Origin: Pyrinomonadales bacterium | GTDB lineage: Bacteria; Acidobacteriota; Blastocatellia; Pyrinomonadales; Pyrinomonadaceae | Reading direction: 5' to 3' | NCBI GenBank assembly: GCA_038254305.1 | Contig: JBBSGG010000005.1 | Span: 13,044-77,043 of the forward strand | DNA length: 64,000 nt | In this document: positions 57,701-64,000 of the stretch, one piece after another | Layout: every line of letters begins with the position of its first letter | Numbering within the stretch: the first letter of the stretch is position 1 | Made by a program: the position numbers and the translations under genes | Notes under the pieces: generated by a model | Databases searched by the model: none | Seen by the model: the letters and a program-made list of their open reading frames with translations, nothing else | Told to the model about the DNA's origin: nothing

Positions 57701-60672
57701 CCGCAGTTACCAAGGGCGATCTTACGCGTTCGATAACAGTGGACGCTTCCGGCGAGGTCGCGTTTTTGAAAGATAACGTGAACGAGATGATCCGCAATCT
57801 GCGCGAAACGACGCAGAAGAACACGGAACAGGATTGGCTGAAAACAAACCTTGCAAAGTTCACGCGGCTGCTGCAGGGCCAGCGTGATCTTTTGACGGTC
57901 GCACGCCTGATCCTTTCGGAGATGGCCCCGCTCGTCGAGATGCAGCACGGTGTCTTTTACATTACGGACGTCACGGACGAAGAGACCGTCCTCAAGCTGC
58001 TCGCGAGTTATGCATACCGAAAGCGTAAATCGATGTCGAGCGAATTTAAGCTCGGCGAGAGCATCGTCGGACAATGCGCGCTCGAAAAGGAAAGGATAAT
58101 TATTCACAACCCGCCGTCGGAATACGTGAAGATAAATTCGGGGCTTGGCGAAGCGCCGCCGACGAACATCGTCGTGCTTCCGGTGCTGTTCGAAGGCCAG
58201 ATCAAGGCCGTCATCGAGCTTGCGTCCTTCACGCCTTTCAACGAGATCCATTTCGCGTTTCTCGATCAGCTTACGGAATCGATCGGTATAGTCATCAATA
58301 CGATCGAAGCGAACATGCGTACCGAAGAGCTGCTCAAGCAATCGCAGTCGCTTGCGCAGGAGCTGCAGCTCGGCCAGGCCGAATTGCAGGAGACGAACAG
58401 CCGTCTCGAGCTGCAGGCGCAATCACTCAAGACCTCGGAAGAACTTCTCAAACAGCAACAGGAAGAGCTGCAGCAGACCAACCAGGAGCTTGAAGAAAAG
58501 GCAACGCTTCTCTCCGAACAAAAAAGCGAAGTCGAACAGAAGAATCGCGAGATCGAACTCGCTCGAATGGCGCTTGAGGACAAAGCGAAACAGCTTGCTC
58601 TTAGCTCCAAATACAAATCCGAGTTTCTGGCGAACATGTCGCACGAACTGCGAACCCCGCTTAACTCGATGCTTATCCTTTCAAGAATGCTTTCGGATAA
58701 TCCCGACAGCAACCTCAACGAGAAGCAGGTCGAATTCGCCGAAACCATCCACTCGTCCGGTGCCGACCTGCTCGCTTTGATAAACGAGATCCTCGATCTT
58801 TCAAAGATCGAATCGGGAACTATGGGTGTCGAGATCGGCGAGGTCCGCTTCGACGAACTCGAAGGCGATATCGAACGAACCTTCAGCCAAGTCGCCGAAG
58901 ACAAAGGCCTCCAGCTCGTCGTCGACCTCGATCAAAAGCTCCCCGAACGGTTGCAGACCGACGTCAAGCGTCTGCGGCAGGTGCTCAAGAATCTGCTTTC
59001 AAACGCGTTCAAATTCACGCAGCAGGGACGCGTCACGGTCGGCATCGGCGTAGCGGACAGCGGCTGGAGCTTTGACAACAACAGTCTTAACCGAGCTTCG
59101 TCCGTCATTGCGTTTCACGTGCATGACACAGGGATCGGAATTTCCGAGGACAAGCAGCAGCTCATTTTCGAAGCCTTTCAACAAGAAGACGGAACGACCA
59201 GCCGCAAATACGGCGGCACCGGCCTTGGGCTTTCGATCAGCCGCGAGATCGCACGCCTGCTCGGCGGCGAGATCACGCTGGAGAGCAAGCCGGGCGAAGG
59301 CAGTACATTCACATTCTACCTGCCTGAAAGCTATGAGCCGGTCAGTCTTTACCCACAGAATGATGAACGATATGACGACGGTGCTTCGAATGACGGGGCA
59401 CAGCGAAGCCTGATATCGCTCTCGCGGGAAACGGAAGAGCGCCTGCCGTCACGCGTTCAGATAATCATCAGTGACGACCGCCATCAATTAAATCCGGACG
59501 ATCTGGTGTTACTCATCATTGAGGACGACAACAGCTTTGCCCGTATTCTGATGGACATCGCGCGCGAGCAGGGATTCAAATGCCTTGTTTCGCAACACGG
59601 CGAAGATGCGCTTATGACGGCACGAAAGTTTCGTCCGAGCGCGATCTCGCTCGATCTCACGCTGCCGGGAATGCATGGATACGCCGTGCTCGACCGCCTC
59701 AAGCACGATCCGTCGACGCGACACATTCCCGTAATGATCGTATCCGTGATCGACGATCTAAAGAGCGTTCTTAAACTCGGAGCTCTGGGCCACATTCCCA
59801 AACCGACACAGCGTGAAAAGCTGGTCGACGGCGTTGTGAACCTGAAAGAGTTCGTTGAGAGAAAAGTGAAATCACTGCTTCTTGTCGAAGACGACGAAGT
59901 CCTCCAGAACAGCATCATCGAGTTGCTTCACGGCCCTGACATATCCGTTACGCCGGCGAGCACCGGGAAGGAAGCTCTCGCCCTGCTCGAAGGCGCTCGG
60001 TTCGACTGTGCAATTGTCGATCTCATGCTTCCCGACATGCAGTGGTCGGAATTGATCGGCAAGATCAAACAGGATGCCGGCTTTCCGGAACTGCCCGTTA
60101 TCGTCCACACCGGCAAAGATCTTTCGAAACGCGAGACGTCGAAGATCAAGAAACTGGCCGAGACGATCATTATAAAGGACGCCGATTCGCTCGAGCGTCT
60201 TGTCGATGAGACCGCGCTGTTTCTCCATCGCGACGTTGCCGATCTTAGCGACGCGCAAAAGAACATGATGAAGCGGGCAAATGTCACCGATCCGCGGCTG
60301 CACGGCAAAAAGGTGCTGATCGTAGACGACGACATCAGGAACATTTTCGCTTTGACCAGTGCGCTCGAACGACAGCAAATGGTGGTGGTTTACGCCGAGA
60401 ACGGCAAGGACGGCATCGATATGCTGAGTAAGACGCCCGGCATCGACGGCGTCCTGATGGACATCATGATGCCCGAGATGGACGGTTTCGAAGCAATGCG
60501 TGCGATCCGTCAGATCTCGAAATTCAAGGGCGTTCCGATCATCGCGGTCACCGCAAAAGCGATGAAGGGCGATCGGCAAAAATGCCTCGAAGCCGGAGCG
60601 TCCGATTACATTACAAAGCCTGTCGATACCGAACAGCTGCTTTCCCTTCTGCGGATTTGGCTCGATAGATAA
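54790..60672 (+). CDS. Soluble giant hybrid sensor histidine kinase: poly-HAMP array, GAF, coiled coil, HisKA/HATPase and three receiver domains
   Basis: AGGAG RBS. Ten 92-aa di-HAMP modules, then a GAF-like segment, H-box [10 protein letters not shown] (His codon at 58642-58644) and G-box GGTGLGLSI. Three REC domains: LIIEDD...[14 protein letters not shown]...VDLMLPD, and LIVDDD...[11 protein letters not shown]...TAKAMKGD. No TM segment seen. Confidence 0.95.
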   Translation: MAEVSTGKSARKAKTNGSSVKSSIGAKRNGNGSDHIDNVQLLTVLTAVRSGDFTHRLPLGGEGNAGRIYDALNEIIERNERLASELGRISEVVGKEGKIAQRARLPQATGGWASCIDSVNTLITDLAQPTTEVARVIGAVAQGDLSQNFNLEIDDRPLRGEFLRTGKTVNTMVAQLGAFASEVTRVAREVGTEGKLGGQAQIKGVSGTWKDLTDNVNLMASNLTGQVRNIADVTTAVANGDLSKKITVDVKGEILELKNTINTMVDQLSSFASEVTRVAREVGTEGKLGGQAEVKGVSGTWKDLTDNVNLMANNLTGQVRNIAEVTTAVANGDLSKKITVNVRGEILELKDTINTMVDQLSSFASEVTRVAREVGTEGKLGGQAEVKGVAGVWKDLTDNVNLMTSNLTGQVRNIADVATSVANGDLSKKITVDVRGEILELKNTLNTMVDQLNSFASEVTRVAREVGTEGKLGGQAEVQGVGGVWKDLTDNVNLMTSNLTAQVRNIAEVATSVANGDLSKKITVQVRGEILELKDTLNTMVDQLNSFASEVTRVAREVGTEGKLGGQAQVKGVSGTWKDLTDNVNFMASNLTGQVRNIAAVTTAVANGDLSKKITVDVQGEILELKDTINTMVDQLSSFASEVTRVAREVGTEGKLGGQAVVGGVSGTWKDLTDNVNFMASNLTSQVRNIADVTTAVATGDLSKKITVDVKGEILELKNTINTMVDQLSSFASEVTRVAREVGTEGKLGGQAQVKGVSGTWKDLTENVNFMASNLTGQVRNIAAVTTAVANGDLSKKITVDVQGEILELKDTINTMVDQLNSFASEVTRVAREVGTEGKLGGQAEVKGVAGVWKDLTDNVNFMASNLTTQVRGIARVVTAVANGNLNRKLEVEALGEIAELADTINAMIDTLATFADQVTTVAREVGIEGELGGQANVPGASGTWRDLTDNVNQLAANLTNQVRAMADVATAVTKGDLTRSITVDASGEVAFLKDNVNEMIRNLRETTQKNTEQDWLKTNLAKFTRLLQGQRDLLTVARLILSEMAPLVEMQHGVFYITDVTDEETVLKLLASYAYRKRKSMSSEFKLGESIVGQCALEKERIIIHNPPSEYVKINSGLGEAPPTNIVVLPVLFEGQIKAVIELASFTPFNEIHFAFLDQLTESIGIVINTIEANMRTEELLKQSQSLAQELQLGQAELQETNSRLELQAQSLKTSEELLKQQQEELQQTNQELEEKATLLSEQKSEVEQKNREIELARMALEDKAKQLALSSKYKSEFLANMSHELRTPLNSMLILSRMLSDNPDSNLNEKQVEFAETIHSSGADLLALINEILDLSKIESGTMGVEIGEVRFDELEGDIERTFSQVAEDKGLQLVVDLDQKLPERLQTDVKRLRQVLKNLLSNAFKFTQQGRVTVGIGVADSGWSFDNNSLNRASSVIAFHVHDTGIGISEDKQQLIFEAFQQEDGTTSRKYGGTGLGLSISREIARLLGGEITLESKPGEGSTFTFYLPESYEPVSLYPQNDERYDDGASNDGAQRSLISLSRETEERLPSRVQIIISDDRHQLNPDDLVLLIIEDDNSFARILMDIAREQGFKCLVSQHGEDALMTARKFRPSAISLDLTLPGMHGYAVLDRLKHDPSTRHIPVMIVSVIDDLKSVLKLGALGHIPKPTQREKLVDGVVNLKEFVERKVKSLLLVEDDEVLQNSIIELLHGPDISVTPASTGKEALALLEGARFDCAIVDLMLPDMQWSELIGKIKQDAGFPELPVIVHTGKDLSKRETSKIKKLAETIIIKDADSLERLVDETALFLHRDVADLSDAQKNMMKRANVTDPRLHGKKVLIVDDDIRNIFALTSALERQQMVVVYAENGKDGIDMLSKTPGIDGVLMDIMMPEMDGFEAMRAIRQISKFKGVPIIAVTAKAMKGDRQKCLEAGASDYITKPVDTEQLLSLLRIWLDR
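55324..57531 (+). repeat. Eight tandem, in-frame, near-identical 276-bp repeats (di-HAMP modules); diverged copies flank at 55033-55323 and 57532-57807
   Basis: Each unit starts with the [21 protein letters not shown] codons, at 55324, 55600, 55876, 56152, 56428, 56704, 56980 and 57256. That is an exact 276-nt period. Confidence 0.95.
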
Positions 60673-60692
60673 ATGTGGCAGAATTTGAATAA

Positions 60693-62969
60693 ATGAGCGA
60701 GGGGCCGAAAACCAAAATCCTTCTTGTCGATGATCGTCCCGAGAACCTTCTGGTAATGCGAAGCGTCCTCGGTGACGACAAGTACGATCTCATCTGCGTT
60801 TCCTCCGGCCGCGAAGCTCTAAAGGCTCTGCTCAACCATGAGGTCGCGTTGATCTTGCTCGATGTCCAAATGCCCGGCTTGAATGGCTTCGAACTCGCCG
60901 AACTCATTCGTGAACGCGAGTCCACACAGAACACTCCGATCATTTTTGTATCTGCCGAGAGCGTCGACGAACATTATATCTTTCAGGGTTATTCGCTCGG
61001 AGCGGTAGATTATCTGACCAAACCGGTCAACCCTGAGATACTCAAATCGAAGGTCGGATTTTTCGCCCGCCTTTTTCAGCAAAACCAGGAGATCAAACGC
61101 CAGGCCGGATTGCTTGAAGATGCAAATACGCGGCTCGATCAGCTCAACGGCGAGCTTGAGATACGCGTTCGGACGCGAACCGCGGAGCTAGAGGCCAGCA
61201 ATATCAAACTCGCAGAGCAGGTCGAATCGCGAAAGCTGTCCGAAGCACGGCTTGCGATCGAGCATTCTATAACACGGTCGCTCGCCCACGCCGAAGGTAT
61301 CGAGAGTGCCGCAAACGAGATCCTCGATGCATTTTGGCGCCATCTGAATTCTGATTATTCAGCGTTTTGGATACTCAACGATGCCGGGACGGAACTCGTC
61401 TGCGTTGGTGCCCGCTCGAACGACAAGTCGGGCTTGCTGCAGCCGCTCGTAAACGCGTCGCTCACTTCGAACTTTCGCCGCGGAGTTGGTCTTCCCGGGC
61501 ACGTCTGGAATGAGAACGGAACCATCTGGCACTCCGGCACCTACGAAGGTGAGCAATACCCGGGTGCTGCTATTGCAACGGCGGCCCGAGTTCACACGGC
61601 GGTTGGTTTCCCAATAATGATCGGTGACGAGTTTTTCGGTGTTATCGAGCTTTTCACGAGAAAGCATCTAGGCGATAAGCCAAGTCTTTTAAATATGTTT
61701 TTCGCGATCGGCAGCGAGATCGGCCAGTTCGTGCGCCGCAAACGCATCGAAGGGGAACGCAAAAATCTGCTCCAGCGTGAAAAGGCGCTCCGTCGGCAAG
61801 CTGAAAAAGCAAACCGCATGAAGGACGAATTTCTAGCGACCGTCTCGCACGAACTGCGGACACCTTTGAATTCCATCCTTGGTTGGGGACAGATACTCAA
61901 TACCGGCGGACTGTCTGACGATGAACAGAGTAACGCTCTCAACGCCATCTTCCGCAACGCGAAATCGCAATCGCAGCTGATCGACGACCTCCTCGATACG
62001 TCTCGACTGATCGGCGGAAATGTTCATCTCGAATTGTCGCCGACGGACATAATTCCCCTTATCGAAGCCGCGATCGAGGTAGTACGTCCGGCAGCCGGAG
62101 CGAAAAATATAAAGCTCTCGGCCAAGTATCTTTCAACTTTTTCGACGATCACGTGCGATTCGCAGCGGCTGCAGCAGATGGTTTGGAACCTACTGACGAA
62201 TGCGGTGAAGTTCACATCGAGCGGCGGCGAGGTGGGTGTTGTGTTCGCACGGTCTTCGCACGGTGCGGAGATCGTGGTGACGGACACCGGCTGTGGAATC
62301 GCACCAGAATTCGTACCGCACGTGTTCGATCGTTTTCGCCAGGCTGATAGCTCAAGCACGCGAACCCACGACGGGCTCGGCCTTGGGCTTGCGATCGTGC
62401 GCCATCTCGCGGAGCTGCACGGCGGAACCGTTTCGGTCACAAGCGACGGGCTCGGTCACGGTTCTACGTTTACGATCTCGATGCCGGCGGCGGCGCTTGC
62501 GGCAGCCGTGCCGGAGCAAATGCCGATGATGACGACAGCCAGTCCAAACAGTGCAACGTCCGCGAACGGCCATCGACTGGACGGTATAAAGGTATTGATC
62601 GTCGACGATGACCTTGACGCCGTCGCGATGCTGAAGTTTGCCCTAAATAGTTCCGGTGCGGATGTCCGAACTTCCGGATCCGTGCCCGAAGCCTTTGAAT
62701 CAATATCTCAAACTATCCCCGACGTATTGCTTGCCGATATCAACATGCCGGGCCAGGACGGCTATTCCCTCATCCGTGAACTTCGCTCGCGAACAACCGA
62801 AGACGGTGCGGATATTCCAGCTATAGCGTTGACCGCGATGGCACGAACCGAAGACAGTGAACTGGCTCTCGCGTCGGGTTTTCAGATGCACATTTCAAAG
62901 CCCGTGAATATTGATGAGATTGCTCACGCCGTCGCCCGTCTTGCAGGCAAAAATGGCCATGATGCCTGA
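60693..62969 (+). CDS. Hybrid histidine kinase: REC, coiled coil, GAF, HisKA/HATPase, REC
   Basis: N-terminal REC (LLVDDRPENL...LLDVQMPGLNG), H-box [11 protein letters not shown]-box DGLGLGLAI, and C-terminal REC (LIVDDD...LADINMPGQDG...ISKP). Confidence 0.9.
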   Translation: MSEGPKTKILLVDDRPENLLVMRSVLGDDKYDLICVSSGREALKALLNHEVALILLDVQMPGLNGFELAELIRERESTQNTPIIFVSAESVDEHYIFQGYSLGAVDYLTKPVNPEILKSKVGFFARLFQQNQEIKRQAGLLEDANTRLDQLNGELEIRVRTRTAELEASNIKLAEQVESRKLSEARLAIEHSITRSLAHAEGIESAANEILDAFWRHLNSDYSAFWILNDAGTELVCVGARSNDKSGLLQPLVNASLTSNFRRGVGLPGHVWNENGTIWHSGTYEGEQYPGAAIATAARVHTAVGFPIMIGDEFFGVIELFTRKHLGDKPSLLNMFFAIGSEIGQFVRRKRIEGERKNLLQREKALRRQAEKANRMKDEFLATVSHELRTPLNSILGWGQILNTGGLSDDEQSNALNAIFRNAKSQSQLIDDLLDTSRLIGGNVHLELSPTDIIPLIEAAIEVVRPAAGAKNIKLSAKYLSTFSTITCDSQRLQQMVWNLLTNAVKFTSSGGEVGVVFARSSHGAEIVVTDTGCGIAPEFVPHVFDRFRQADSSSTRTHDGLGLGLAIVRHLAELHGGTVSVTSDGLGHGSTFTISMPAAALAAAVPEQMPMMTTASPNSATSANGHRLDGIKVLIVDDDLDAVAMLKFALNSSGADVRTSGSVPEAFESISQTIPDVLLADINMPGQDGYSLIRELRSRTTEDGADIPAIALTAMARTEDSELALASGFQMHISKPVNIDEIAHAVARLAGKNGHDA

Positions 62970-63140
62970 AATAAATTCGTACAACTAACGCGTACCATTG
63001 TATTACGTTCGCAGCGTTTCAGAGCGGACCATAAATCGTTAACATTGCCGCTGATCGACTTGGAGTTTGGGGAACGAATTTTGCAGATCTGAGCCGTTAC
63101 GTACACGATCATAGAATAGAGACGTCCGGAGGCTTAGATC

Positions 63141-63527
63141 ATGCACACTTCATCGAATGTTCCCGTAATTGTTCTTATCGAAAATTCGACGTCCAGCGAC
63201 GCTCAGTTCGTTCGTCAGTGGCTTCTTGAGAGCCGGTACGAATCGTGCGAAGCCAGCGACGTTTTCGCCGCGCTCGAGGAGATCTCGGATTTTACTATGC
63301 AGAGCCGCCCCGACGTTATCCTTCTAGATGCCGGATCCACAGTTGGCGAACTCAGTTTCATACGAGAGATGGTCAAGTCCGCTCCGGGCGAACCGGAAGC
63401 GAGCATCATCTCGATGTCCGCGATCGCCATTTCGACCGATGAGAGCGACTTTTACGCCGGCGATCTCTCGCAGGTTGCGGCGAGGCTCGAATCATTGATC
63501 CCCGACCGGAGAATTCCTGCAAATTAG
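63141..63527 (+). CDS. Stand-alone receiver-like protein with degenerate active site
   Basis: GGAGG RBS and a REC-like beta-alpha pattern (VIVLIEN...DVILLDAGS...). The N-terminal acidic pair is EN instead of DD/ED, and no clear conserved Lys motif is present. Confidence 0.55.
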   Translation: MHTSSNVPVIVLIENSTSSDAQFVRQWLLESRYESCEASDVFAALEEISDFTMQSRPDVILLDAGSTVGELSFIREMVKSAPGEPEASIISMSAIAISTDESDFYAGDLSQVAARLESLIPDRRIPAN

Positions 63528-63554
63528 AACTTCCACCTGACATTGATCTTGAAC

Positions 63555-64000
63555 ATGCCTGGATCTTCGATCTCCGACCCTGGCGGGACATTTCTTAATC
63601 CCGTTTATCCCAAATCATTTCCGGATCCATTCGTGCTAAAACACGGCGGAACTTATTACGCGTACAGCACAGGGTTTGCGCCGGATGGCACGGTTTTCGG
63701 GATCATTACGTCTCCTGATCTAGTTAACTGGCAGGAGGTCGGCGGCGCGATGCAGCCGCTCGAGAGTGCGCCGCCCTTTTACTGGGCGCCCGAGGTGGCT
63801 TACGACAACGGAAAGTTTTATCTCTATTACAGTTGCGGTAACGAAACGCTGATGCATATCCGCGTTGCAGTCTCCGATCGGCCAGACGGCGGTTTCGAGG
63901 ATGCGGGACGCGAACTGACCAGCGAGCAATTTGCTATTGATGCGCATGTGTTCGTCGATACCGACGGTTCGAAGTACATGTTCTACGCGACCGATTTTCT
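63555..64000 (+). CDS. Glycoside hydrolase family 43-like protein, 3' end outside window
   Basis: My own translation from the ATG at 63555 gives MPGSSISDPGGTFLNPVYPKSFPDPFVLKHGGTYYAYSTG...YWAPEVAYDNGKFYLYYS...IDAHVFVDTDGSKYMFY. The frame is open to the window end. FPDPF and WAPE are GH43 five-bladed propeller hallmarks. Confidence 0.75.
   Translation, partial: MPGSSISDPGGTFLNPVYPKSFPDPFVLKHGGTYYAYSTGFAPDGTVFGIITSPDLVNWQEVGGAMQPLESAPPFYWAPEVAYDNGKFYLYYSCGNETLMHIRVAVSDRPDGGFEDAGRELTSEQFAIDAHVFVDTDGSKYMFYATDF

Overview
64-kb chromosomal segment, about 57-60% GC by spot counts. Gene content looks like an Acidobacteriota-type soil bacterium: many secreted CarboxypepD_reg-domain proteins, a DUF1800/DUF1501 pair and a PVM-like microcompartment shell. 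This taxonomic call is inference, not a search result. I support 57 CDS, 3 tRNAs (tandem Ser-CGA and Ser-GGA, plus Thr-UGU), one SRP-RNA candidate and several intrinsic terminators. I found no CRISPR array, transposase, integrase or prophage genes. Most genes are housekeeping (accC, greA, pfk, ctp, pdxJ, uvrA, gpmA, folC-accD, suhB-like, tadA, dnaX, ruvA/ruvB, gyrA, pgsA). The most interesting parts are listed here. (1) A compact microcompartment operon at 30.7-33.2 kb: a class II aldolase with an encapsulation-peptide-like tail, one BMC-H, three BMC-P and a small Cys-rich protein, with no aldehyde dehydrogenase or PTAC anywhere in the window. (2) An A9 slippery run in dnaX, placed where a gamma-type truncated product would end. 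(3) An SRP-RNA-like structure that starts directly after a tRNA 3' end and carries an extra enclosed hairpin. (4) A 1960-aa soluble hybrid histidine kinase built from eight near-identical 276-bp di-HAMP repeats plus two diverged flanking modules, followed by a second hybrid kinase and a degenerate receiver. (5) Two adjacent di-PilZ paralogues. (6) A lower-GC block downstream of tRNA-Thr that encodes paralogous lipoproteins. All functional calls come from motif recognition by eye; no database search was run.
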